A DNA stretch of 64,000 bases from the NCBI GenBank assembly GCA_010093815.1, contig ML996567.1. The stretch is one strand, 5' to 3'. The notes under the pieces are model-generated. The model was not told where the DNA came from. It saw only the letters and a program-made list of their open reading frames with translations, and made no database searches. Of the stretch, positions 38,373 through 50,122 are shown piece by piece; positions within the stretch are counted from its first letter, which is position 1; every line of letters begins with the position of its first letter. Source of the DNA: Pseudovirgaria hyperparasitica. Its lineage: Eukaryota. The position numbers and the translations under genes were made by a program.

Positions 38373-39506
38373 TCATGCGAGCTCGCCCTTCTTGTATGGA
38401 AATTGCGCTCTGAAATGTTCCGCAATCTGCGTCCGTGTCGCCACCCAGACACCCTCCTTGGCAGCAATGTACTCAACGAACTTCTTCAATGCGGAGAAGC
38501 GTGACGGCTTGCCAATACATCTACAGTGGAGTCCAATTGTCATCATTTTAGGCATACCCTCTTGTCCCTCTTCATACAAGATATCGAATGCACCCTTAGC
38601 TGTTAGAGGTAGGGTATAGTCTAGGGTGCAGAACTAACCTTGACATGATCATAGAAATCGTTCGGAGCACCGAAACCCGTCGGCACGTTGAACTTATAGT
38701 CTTACACGCATTGCTTTCAGTATCATGATTATCTGTCAAATAAGGGCGACCGTAACACATACCGTTGCAATCATAGCTGTAAGGAACCATCAACATTCCT
38801 TCAGGCTTCGCTTCATCTTTTTCTGCCGGAACGTCGACCCAGTAGGGTATGTCGTCAGCATAGGAGTCGGATTCCCACAGTAGAGGCAGCCCCATCTCCT
38901 TGTATACATCCCAAACAAGAGCATGTGATCTGGGCGAGAGTCGTCCATAGTACCATCCCTTCGGATACACACCAGAAACATCCTTAATGACTTCGATTCC
39001 TTTACGAATGTAATCTTTTTCTTGCTCTGCGGGCATTTTGTGATAGTCAATCCAACGGTAGGCGTGCGAAGCGATATCATGACCGTTCTCAACTGATGAT
39101 TTAGCCACAGCTGGGTTCTTTTCAATAGCCTGTCCAACAGCGTACAGAGTGTATTTCATTTTATATTTGTTGAACAGGCGGAACAGCCTCCAGACACCAC
39201 TGCGAGAGCCATAGTTGTACTCGGATTCAATATTCACAGCGCGCTCTTGCATATGAGGCTGGCCACCTACGGCTGTCAGTCATTCACAGGTAGAATCATG
39301 CACTCCTTACCTGAAGCTTCCCACAAATGTGTCTCCGAATGAACATCACCATTTAGCACAGTATGCTCTGCACCTTCTTCATAATTGATCACGAAAGACA
39401 CTGCGATCTTTGCATTGTTTGGCCACCTAGGATTATGCGATTTCTCTCCATAGCCAACAAGATCACGTGGGAAGTCGTAATGCTCGTCCCATTCGAAAGG
39501 CTTCAT
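38373..39506 (-). CDS. PuuE-type allantoinase / polysaccharide deacetylase-fold (CE4) protein; 3 introns
   Basis: FPRDLVGYG...WPNNAKIAVSFVINYEEGAE, ESEYNYGSRSGVWRL, SHAYRWIDY, DSYADDIPYW, PYSYDCN|DYKF, MMTIGLHCRCIGKPSR. Confidence 0.9.
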
Positions 39507-39701
39507 GTTGGCGGCAGTAGCACCAAGTTTGTATGGTATTGAAATGCGAACCTCATCTGAGAGATGGGCTGACAAGAACTTCCTGAGCCTACTTATACTG
39601 CTCTCAATTCACTTGAGCTACCTGACAACAACTTCCGCACCTTGCCTTGTCACAATTGTGATACGTCTTTACCAAGTATGATCGGGATTGGCATCATATT
39701 C

Positions 39702-40101
39702 CGATAATGCGTCAATGAGACACTATCACCAGGCCGGTATGAAGGTCTGGCGGGGCTGGGGAGTGTTGATAAGGGCGTGGGTCCATAATGCCGGGGCTTT
39801 GTTGCCTTCGGACAGTCCGACAACATTGGAAGCGCGACTCGTAGAGCATTACCCGTAATCAAATTTGACAGAGCCATGAGTCTCATTATCTATTGAAGAC
39901 ATAGGGTGAGACACAGCGACAAGATGATGTTAATGGGATAACGGAAGAATAAGAGACAGGACAGGATTTCTAACTAAGACCAAAGGAAGCTAAGAACGCC
40001 ACGTGGATCCATGTGTTAGCAATGCCCGCGTTTTTCACCTCCATCTCAACGTAAGTCTTGTACAGAGACAATCTAAGCTCTTGGCATACTGATCATTATC
40101 A
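39702..40101. promoter_or_regulatory. Divergent promoter with five HGATAR (AreA-type) sites and the palindrome TCGGAC-A-GTCCGA
   Basis: HGATAR at 39702, 39723(rc), 39767, 39886(rc), 40096(rc); palindrome at 39808-39820. Confidence 0.5.
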
Positions 40102-40171
40102 GAGACATTACTGGATACTGATCGTATTGTGGATTGGAGTGTTCTGATATTGCTATCGAGCTCGAAGGGCT

Positions 40172-41335
40172 TCTGACTACGAGCCGCCAGTAGATCTCAA
40201 AAGATTATCACGCAGGGGTATTCATCGCGTCTTACTATCAAAACAGGTCAGGACAATTTGTCTCAAGGACTGTATTGCTGTAGCAAGTGTCCCTTAGTCA
40301 CTAGGGACTACGATCATCGAGCCATCCGGATGGACCCCAGACAGCGACGCTACTGTGGAGACAAGCGCCCTGGAAGCAGGTGCCGAAATAGTAGGAACAA
40401 CGAATTGCGAGAACTGGCATTAATTCACCTCTTCGCTCAGTAGTGCCCACGGTATTGTCGAGATCCCGCACGCGTCCGGTCATTTCGCAGGAGGAAGCAC
40501 ATTTGGCGCTGCTGCTCTCGTTACAGCGGGCCTGGTGGACATAGCCATTGGTGCAGATCAGGGGAGCACTATCTGCATTCCAGCTTCGCTTCGTGGATGT
40601 AAGTCACTCCCAGCACGAGATCCTAGTAGTATACTGATTAAAATTGTAGGTGTTGGCTTAAAGCCCACTTATGGACTAGTGCCTTACACGGGATCTGCAT
40701 CAAATGAACAATCATGTGGGACCCTTAGTATTGGACGTTCTGGACATTTCTTGGCGCTTAAATGCTATCTCAAGTTACGATGGTATCGATGACCGTACCC
40801 TAGCGGCCCAAGCACGGCTCGGTCGAGTTTGCGAAGGTCTCTCTCGTATCCAATGCAAGCGATCTCACGGTCTTCAAGATCGGCATCCTAATCGAAGGAT
40901 GCAGTGGACATAGACTATAGATATACGGTTGTAAAAACCGCACAGAAGTTACAAAGTCTTGGTGCAATTAGGCCATCGAATAACGTGTTTCGGGAACCCA
41001 AACACTGAATAGTCCCAGTGGCAGACGAGGATAATTTTAAAGGGTATGATGCTCTGATCACTGCAATTACCAGCTTCGTAGCCCTCAGGTATGGTAGACC
41101 TTGCACACAAACTGCAACAATTGCCCCTATGTTCGGCTTGATTGCAACTACTGCCATATTTGAATACAACCAGGCAGCAAGCCAGCTATCAGCATACCCG
41201 TGAGATATCTATCCGCCGAAGAAGAGAGGATATCATGCTTCCTGACGGTATGCAGATCATAAGTGGCTTATGGAAAGATAGCAAGGCTCTATGAGCTCAC
41301 GAGCGGGAGACGGAATTCGATTGGAACGAAACTAA
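40172..41335 (+). pseudogene. Amidase-signature (Ser-cisSer-Lys) amidase pseudogene
   Basis: DYEPPVDL, ICLKDCIAVASVP*, DATV, CENWH*, AGGSTFG, GADQGSTICIPAS, GLKPTYGLVPYTG, frameshift into HVGP, DGIDDR, LPDGMQIISGLWKD, FDW. In-frame stops at 40295 and 40421, a frameshift near 40705-40712, and large internal deletions. Confidence 0.9.
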
Positions 41336-41902
41336 ACCATAGCTAATAATGCGATAGGCATCAGTCTCTCCCATGAAAAATCAGACGGCCCAGAAAGACC
41401 CCTGACTATATCCGTTATACCACGACACTTGAGGTATTTTCTCACCAGACCGGTATCATCTGCAAGTTCATTATCATATACGAAAGTCTGGATGTGACGA
41501 ACATCTGGAGATTCCAATGCGGAGTACCTAGGTGGATCAAGCAAGGATGAAGATAAGCCACCCTCGCCTGAACCGTTCTCGGTCAGGAATACTCCGGTCA
41601 TGCATACCTATCTCGACTGCTGAGTCGTCATGAATCTTCCTATCTTCAGTGATACAAGTGACGATCGAGACTCGACGACTCGACGCCACCTTGATAGGCT
41701 TCCAAGATAGCTCTATGATACGGACTGGAACTGGAACCCCCAAATTGTTTTCTTGTTATCAGCTTCTAGCATATGGCTCCTGGCAACTTTGGATGTCTTG
41801 CGGGCAGAACAGGCCATTCCTCGCTCAACATAATATTCGCCTTCAAGAATAACACTAAGCCATAAGCATATCCTTTGCTTGACACCTCTTTCCTTACCTG
41901 AC

Positions 41903-43746
41903 ATGAAGAAGTTTTCTATGCGCAGCATAAAGCGTGCAGTGGCAACAGACAATGAGATGACATACTCGTCCAAGTGGATCAATCATGATCTTGTGCCTTC
42001 ACCGCCTGAGCGACGAACATGGACTTGGATATCTATGAGTTTATATTGGTGGAGTGTATGAAACCTAAAATTTTCAGTTGAGCTGCAGCTAACGTGTTTA
42101 AGGGAGCCTTCAATACGAATCAATGGTCCAGTGGATCAGCCTTGATAAGTGTTGGTCTTACTCTGTCGCAAGCTGTCGGCGCAGCCATCATTGGACATCT
42201 GATCTCTTCAGGAGTCGCGCTATCCATGGGACGTCCTGGTGCTACATATCACATTGGTTATCCTGTCATCGCTCGCGGTGTATTCGGCATGTATGGAGCC
42301 TACTTCTTCGTTGCCCTCAGAGCATGCGTTGCCATTGTCTGGTACGGCGTACAAAGTTTCTACGGTGGCAAGCTGCTCAGTGTCGCTATACGCTGCGTAT
42401 TTGCTAGCCACTGGCAAAATATCCCGAATTCCCTGCCTGAAAGTTCTGGGACAAATTCGAGGGAGCTTCTTGCTTTCTTCCTGTTTTGGCTCATCCAGTT
42501 TCCCTTTCAGTTCGTACATCCAACAAGAATTAGGCATCTTTTCACTGTCTCGAGCTGTGTAGTGCCTGTGGCCTGCATCGGCCTATTTGCATGGTGTGTA
42601 AATTATGGTGGTGGACTCCATGCTAACGAGCTGGGCGTCACTACACAAGTGAGTGGAGGTGCGCTTGGATGGGCATTCATGACGGGCATCAATTCCGTGA
42701 TGGGCACTCTCTCACCACTTTTGGTCAATCAGCCAGACTTCACACGTTACTGCAAGAAGCCCAAGGACGCCAGTTGGCCGCAAGCCGCGTCTATCTTCTT
42801 TAGTAAGACTTTAATGCTCTTCCTTGGGTGCGGAGCAACGGCTGCGACGCAGGCAAAGTTTGGGACGGCATTTTGGAATCAATGGGATTTGCTGTCGGCT
42901 ATTCTGGACAGGTTTTGGGGTCCAGCGGCGCGGGCGGGCTGCTTCTTTGCCTCAATAGGATTTTGCCTCAGTATTCTCACCACTAATTTTGCAGGTAAGC
43001 ATCTCGACCTGAGAGTTCCAATTAAGTACTAACAAAGTTGTGTAGCGAACAGCATGCCATTCGGATCTGATGTCACAGGTCTGCTACCAGAATACATTAC
43101 CATCAAGCGAGGACAAGTGATCTGCAGTATCCTTGGAATTGCTGTCGTACCTTGGGAGCTACTTAGGAGCGCACAGGGTTTTCTAACGTTCCTCGGTTCT
43201 TACTCAATATTCATGGCACCTTTGTGCGCAATCATCATCTGCGACTACTTCATCATCAAACGTGGGAATATTCACGTTCTATCGCTATATGATCCGACCC
43301 CTGGAAGTCTATACTATAATATCAAAGGCTGGAACTTCATTGCCACGGGATGCTGGGTCACTGCTATGCTTTTGGGGCTGCCTGGACTGATAGGTGCGTA
43401 CGACCCCCAGCTTGTCTCCGAAATTGCTGTGCACATGTATCAGACCGGCTGGCTCATTACATTCGTTGCTGGATTTGTATTCTACTTCGTCATGGCTGGA
43501 TTCGTGTTTCCACCTAGAGTACTCCCGGAGAGGTCTGCAGGTCCTTTTGTTGAGATGAGGAATAGCAAGGGAAAATTGAGGTACGAAGCATTGGCTGCTA
43601 CAGATGGGTATCTCGAAGGCGAATCTATTGAAGATTTACATCATAGTGTATCGAAGATCAACCGGGTGCCAGTGATCGAGCAGAAGATGTCAGAGAATTC
43701 GAGACAGAAGGAGGCTTGTGTGGCTTCAAAGGAACTCATTGTTTGA
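41903..43746 (+). CDS. NCS1-family (Fur/Dal4-like) nucleobase/allantoin permease; introns 42056-42102 and about 42995-43046
   Basis: WINHDLVP..PERRTW, YHIGYPVIARGVFGMYG, WYGVQ, NQPDFTRY, ANSMPFGSD, FLTFLGSYSIFMAP, DYFII. Confidence 0.94.
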
Positions 43747-44808
43747 TATTACCGGGTAGAGACTGTGACTGTAACCCAGGTTTTGGGTGACGGGATACTC
43801 TATAACGAATGAAGCGTTATATCTGGACATGTGACCTGCCTCAACGCCGGGAAAAACCCCCTAGACCAGCACAAGCGCCACATCCTACGAAACAGTTGTA
43901 CACCCTTAATGTTAGACCTTCTTTTTATAACAGCCTTCATGACAATTGAGGTAAAGTACAAGTCTTTAGGAAAAGACCAGACTGTCAATTCGTCATTCGC
44001 ATGATCTAATCGAAATGTGTAGAATATTGACTCACGATGTTTGTGCCCTTCAAATGACTCGAGACGAGATCCTGAACCTCGCCTAGGGGTGTCGTCAAGG
44101 AATCCCTTATCTGGAGGGATGGCTGTCTTGGGCGCAGCTTTACAAAACGATGTCAGCGCCGACGGTAGAACTGCAAGGACTTGAGAATGATCAATTAATG
44201 ATGTGCTGATAAGAATTGGCATGGCCGAACGCCAGAACATGATGATTTTGGACGGAGTGAGCTCTTTTAATTCACATCATCCTTGCTCATGAGAAACGAG
44301 GGGTACAGATCATTCTACTATCTTATTGTGTCCCAGGATAGATTCGAACGTGATAAGTATATGGGAACTAGATGCTATTCCGTGCAATATCCAGATGACC
44401 CATCTTTATATGATTGTCGATTATTGCTGTTGGAGGCAAAAACTCACATTTCTTAGCTTACACATGGGCAACCTTAGATATCATCATAGCCGCGGGTCGC
44501 CGTCGCCTTTCGGTCATATCGCCGTCGGCTTGCTACCGGCATATCAGCCGTAATAGGCTCTGTGAAACCCTGTCGAGTCCTGAATAGCAGCGAAAACCGC
44601 TCCAGAATTTATGGGACGATATGGGCCTCCCAACAGTCCGACGAAAACGTGGCGATACGGGCACCCTTGGCTCCATGGGTCCCAACGTATGACCGTAGAC
44701 CCTGATATGATGAGTCTTGGTGTTATCAAAGATCATTATGTATCTCTGATATACTGTTTCTGAAGTACTACCTGAGCCATCTATCTGAGCACTGTTGAGT
44801 TCATAATC

Positions 44809-46091
44809 ATGGTCCAACCAAAGAACGCCGACTCGAAAATTTTCTCGCAGCTGCGCATCGCCAATGGCGATATTAAACTAAACCACAGGATCATTCTTGC
44901 ACCTCTGACACGGAACAGAAATGTGCCATGCATACCCAAAGATCCGTTGGAGCCAGTCCGCACCTGGTGTCCTGATGAAGTTGTGGTGGAATATTACAGA
45001 CAACGCACTACAGAAGGTGGACTACTGGTTTCGGAAGGCATCAATCCAAACCAACAAGGAGGTGGTATGCCTGGAACACCCGGTCTATGGCTGCCTGAAC
45101 ATATCGCTGGATGGAAGAAAGTCGTCGATGCGGTACACGCGAAGGGCGGTTATATCTATTGTCAATTGTGGCATCAGGGAAGGACTACAATCGAGCACAT
45201 GACGGGAATGTGTACGGTAAGCCCATCGGGCGTAGCATGGAATGATCCTGAAGAGCTGTATCCATATCCAGTCAAGGGCTGCAGGGGCGAGGGTGAGAGT
45301 CTGAAGCTGGCGGACTATACATCGATCGAGATGACCGTCGATATGATCAAGGATACTATCAGCGACTTCTGTGAGGCCGCGAGAAGAGCTGTGGAGGAGT
45401 GCGGCTTCGATGGTGTGGAGGTCCATGGGGCGAACGGGTATGTATGTCATTCTAATGGTCTTACCTTGACCGACAGAACTGCAGATATCTCCCTGAACAA
45501 TTTTTGAGTGATAATACCAATCTCCGGACTGATCATTACGGAGGAACCCCACAAAAGGCTTGCAATTTTTCGTTGGAGCTGATGGAAGGTCTTGCAGGCA
45601 CTGTTGGACAACAGAAAGTAGCCATCAGACTAAGTCCTTTCGGCATGTACAACCAAATTCGAGGAACGAAGCGCATGGAAACTTTCACGCATCTTTGCAG
45701 ACAGCTCAAGTCACGTCTTCCAAACATGTCATACGCATCGTTCATCGAACCACGGTATGAACAAGTCTTCAGCGCCAACGAAAAAGACGCATTTCTAAGA
45801 TCTTGGGGGCTTGCGAGCGTAGATTTGTCTATATTTCGAAAGATCCTTGGTAGCACGCCGTTCCTGACTGCGGGTGGCTGGAATGACACCAATGTCAGGG
45901 GTCTTGTGGAGTCGAGCCAGTATGATGCTGTCGTTATGGGGAGATGGTTCACCAGTAATCCAGACCTTCCACAGAGGCTGTTGGAAGGGAGGCCACTGCG
46001 ACAGTACGAGCGGGAGCGATTCTATGGGCCCTTTCAAGACCGAGAGCGTGGATATACAGACTACGATCCGTGGTGTCAAAACGAATCATAA
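44809..46091 (+). CDS. Old yellow enzyme family NADH:flavin oxidoreductase; intron 45438-45484
   Basis: ILAPLTRNR, YYRQR, QLWHQGR, GFDGVEVHGANG|YLPEQFL, RTDHYGG, IRLSP, GRWFTSNPDL, FY...GYTDY. Confidence 0.95.
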
Positions 46092-46912
46092 GGGACTACG
46101 AGTCAAGCGGAACAAGATTGGTTCATCGGGGTCAAATCTAACGTAACAGAGACTATTAGCGTGTACAAATTACATGCCCGACAGACGGTGGAACATCTAC
46201 ATATATTTCCTCTTTTCCGATTCCGGTTTCCATCTCGTTACAATGTTTGCTACTTCTTCAAAACTTCAACGTCTTCGACCGTACGCGTTCTTTTTTCTGA
46301 TGCGTGAAATTTGCTAGGCGATCAGGCCACTCGCCACGACTGGACCGTGTACAGGTTGTGGCCTGTCGCGGTCTCGAATTTCCCTGCTGAACGCAACGGG
46401 GTGGATAGTCCTCAGAAGCAAGCGTAGCCTTGGCTGCCTTGGATGCGGTCGGTCGTATCAGGAACGTGCTGTGCTGTGCTGTCCTGCTCTTGAGATCATG
46501 ACACGTACCATGCGCTTTTGGGTCCATTAATCCATTGAGTGGAGGCAGTCGACACCGATCATATGTCAAAGAGCCCGGCGCATTGGTGGGGAGAGAGAGA
46601 CATGCGGAGAGAGGCAATATCAACAGAGGAGAACATTAGCCTTCAAGAGAGTGGATCCCTCACGATCTCGGAAATTCCGAGTAAAGTCTTTCTGTTACGA
46701 TATATTAATTTACAGACATCAACATTACGGCTTCCAGAATCCGTTTGCCCATTCGGAGTCAGTGGATCAGCGACCAAAGGCCAATCGCAATAAAATACAA
46801 GGGCGTATTAAGAACTCAATGTAGTATGCTAACACTGATGAGTGCGTATAGTTCGCTTACGTGAGGTGAGACCTGGCTTTTCCGAGCCACTCACACCGCC
46901 ACCAAATCTCAT

Positions 46913-46980
46913 CTCCACGGCACCCCAGAGCGGCACCCCAGAGCGGCACGTCTGGGGTTGCGGGTTATCAGAATCTGGGG
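46913..46980. promoter_or_regulatory. Cluster of five CreA-type SYGGRG sites including a 13-bp tandem duplication
   Basis: CTCCAC 46913, CCCCAG 46923 and 46936, CTGGGG 46952 and 46975; 125-190 nt upstream of the GH43 ATG. Confidence 0.55.
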
Positions 46981-47104
46981 TAATTTTAAAAGGGTCACCG
47001 GTCACCGATGCCACTGTGTCTCGTTGTTATATTACAATCGTGTTGGTCGCCATAATCTTTGCGCTTTGGGGCAAATCGTTGCGTCGAATGTTCCCAGCTC
47101 TACA

Positions 47105-49100
47105 ATGTTGGCCTCATGTTTTGCTGTTTTGTTGACAGTAGCGTGCCTGCAGGGGACCGTTGTCGCCAGGCAACAGGGTGCGACGGTCATATTTAGCAAT
47201 ACTAATCGTTTCTTGTTCGACGTGGACGGAAAGCAAATCGATGCATATGGGGCAAAGATCAATTGTAAGCCTCTGAAAGATATTTCATAGTTCCACGCTA
47301 ATAAACACCTAGATTTCAGTTAGTGATACTACCTGACAGCTTCCTATCAAATATTGACGCAAAACACTACAGATGGAAAGTACTACTTTTATGGTACTTC
47401 TTGGGCCAACCCATCAAATTTCGGCTTCAAGTTCTACTCCTCCGTTGATCTTGTGAATTGGTAATATTCTCTCGACCACATTGTGGGCCTTGGACTGATT
47501 CTGCGCGTAGGCAATATGAGAATTTTATCAATGCCACTGGGAGTGGAAGACCTCACGTCATTTACAATCAAGCGACAAAGAAGTACACACTATGGGCTGA
47601 TGCCAACACCGGCCAACTTGTTCAAACGTCAGATTCTCCAGCCTCAGGCTACAGCTCTGGAAAATACGCGGATCTAGATCCCCAGTATTCGAGCTTGCAT
47701 CCCGCTGATGCTGGAGTTGAATCATTTGGTATGAGAGCTACTGTATGTTTACGAGGATATCTCTGATTTTTGCAGGCGATAAAGGGTATCTCGTTTGGTC
47801 GGCCCTAAATTTTGCGGACCCGCGACAAGGGAGCATTTGGCCTCTGATCTACCAAACAATGCACATTAGCCCTCTGACAAGTGACTTTGTACGTATCCCG
47901 TACTATGAAATAACAATGCCTGTACTGACGACAGACAGACAAATACAGACACGACGAGCTACAACGTCACATCTGCGGCTTTCGACCTGGTCGATCAGCA
48001 AACCGAGTCTCCGGATCTCTTTATGCGCAATGACACTTTCTGTAAGCTAGAGTAGCTTTTCGAGGCTTCGGGCGACTCTAATCTATTGGCAGACGTGTCG
48101 GCAAGCAATTCATGTGCATTTTGCAGCGGTTCAATTGGGGTCCTCTATCGCTCAAAGTCCATTCAAGGACCCTGGCAACGGCAAATATTGTCGGGCTATT
48201 CCTGTGGCGGTCAGGTCGAAGGTATTCTGCCTCTTACTGACCCAACAACTGGAAAAGTCACGCACGTCTGGCACTCCACTACTAACCGTAAGTTTGCAGC
48301 CAGCCTATAGGAGCTGGTCTTTTGCTGAACATACTATAGCTGGTGGCCCTCGCGTTGGTCTCAATGGCCATATCTTCCAGCCTTTACAGTTCAATGCCGA
48401 CGGCAGTGCAAAAGAGCTAGACTGCTCTGACGGCGCCCGTTTCAGAGTCTCGTTTACCCCAGGGACAGGTGACACAGCAAGCGGTAGCTACACAAAAGCT
48501 GTGGATAAGGCGCCACAATTTGCCAACGTAAGGACTCCAAAATGTGGTAACGTTGAAGACAATAACTGAGAATATCTGCAGTACCGTTCTGTCTGTGACT
48601 CAGACGTCTACTACACACTCCATCAGACCTGGCGTACATCAAAGTCGGGCATTCTCCAGTCTGTATCTGTCAATGTTGCGGCTGGGGGTAACAAGAACGC
48701 GCTCGATATCAAGGTCTTCCGCTTCACCAACATCCAACAGCTTCTGTCCGCAGGCTACAAGTACGAGCTTCTGGGCAGCGCCACGTTCGTTCCCAGTGCC
48801 AATCTGACGGAGGTATTCGACACAGCTACCGTGTCTGTCAACAGGGCGGTCAAGAAAGGTGACATGCTGGGCTTCAGCTTCGGAGAGAAAAACGTGCTCG
48901 GGTTTGGCCTTGGTAATTATATTCCGTACTGCCATCTAGAGTATGATCTCAACGCGGTGGAGCAGCAATGCGATCTGCAGCAACCGGTGCTGATTGAGCA
49001 GGGGAGTGGACAGAATTCTCCAAGAGGGTTAAATGGGATGGAGAGTCCGATTAAGGTGCGCAATGGAAAGGGCATGAAGTTTCACGCGAACATTGTGTAG
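47105..49100 (+). CDS. Secreted GH43-like glycoside hydrolase (GH43_24/exo-beta-1,3-galactanase-like) with C-terminal extension; about 9 introns
   Basis: Signal peptide; FDVDGKQIDAYGAKIN|YF|NGKYYFYG, YSSVDLVNW, GRPHVIYNQATKKYTLW, ESPDLF, SASNSCAFCSG, GPW, SCGGQ (Gln typical of GH43_24). Confidence 0.8.
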
Positions 49101-50122
49101 GAGGATCAGGATGTTGGCTTGGCGAGTTTCTTTAGGGTGTCATTATGTAGTCGTTCATATATCTACGACAGGAAACTCCATCGATCCAAGCGCAAATGGA
49201 AGAAGCATCATTGTCAAGTAATCTGTTCATTATCTACGCATGATCAAGACAACTGATGAACTCTACCCAAAAGGACCTAAGTCTGGATCATGCAGACATA
49301 CTCCAAACCAAAACCAGTGGAGCTAAATAGCCTTTCTCCATCCAATATTCGATTTCCACGGGTAATTTGCCAGGGCGGAGTCTTGTCAGTGTGAGTGGTT
49401 TAGGTGACTTGCATATGCGTACGTTCATCTCGGTGATTGGTGTGCTTCTCCGATGATAGTGCAAAGTTAAAGCTAATTATTGTTCGCAGAGAGCTATGTG
49501 AAACGTTCGAAAAAGTGCGTACATAGCATCCCCCATTGATCTGTGATATCTCATGCCCATGTAGCATTATCTAATGAGCTGTGTACAAAAATGGTTCTAT
49601 ATCCCTGGTCATTGGAGTCTTATATTGTATTGTTGATAACATGACTATCGATATGTCTCATGATCGAAGCATGTAAAACACCTGTCCACTGGGCCGGATT
49701 GTGATCTTGGGTACTAGTCTTTATACGAATTTACTTTGTACCTACATCATTCGATCGTACGCTTATACCGGTTATACTTAATGGAATATGTATAGTCAAT
49801 AGATGCAATAGTAAGAGATTCAAGTTCGTAGGCCTTAAGTTTTCGAAGGCTATCGTTCGTGTGTAGACTGAGGCCAAGCCATAAGTATAGCTAGGGTCAA
49901 AAGCATCAGAATATGTACGTCGTGCGGATTTTTTAAACGCTGGTGAACGTAGACTGTTCCCCCTTGGCAACACGAACATAGCCTGCGAGTTCAAGGTATA
50001 TTCTATGGATGGGTTAGTGGAAATGCAATTCATGGTGAGGACGAAAAATATTTGGGGCTAAATATTCGAGAACAGGGTAGGGAATCAATCAAGCCAGAAA
50101 GTGAACATATGATTCAAGGAGT

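Noticed and set aside
41332..41743. Minus-strand ORFs between the amidase and NCS1 genes
   Set aside because: No recognisable domain; the region is better explained as the GATA-rich NCS1 promoter.
41340..42102. TPP riboswitch upstream of or within the NCS1 gene
   Set aside because: No convincing TPP aptamer core seen, and the introns are short and ordinary.
43800..44240. 146-aa minus-strand ORF inside the catabolic cluster
   Set aside because: No family motif recognised; it could be a remnant but cannot be supported without a search.
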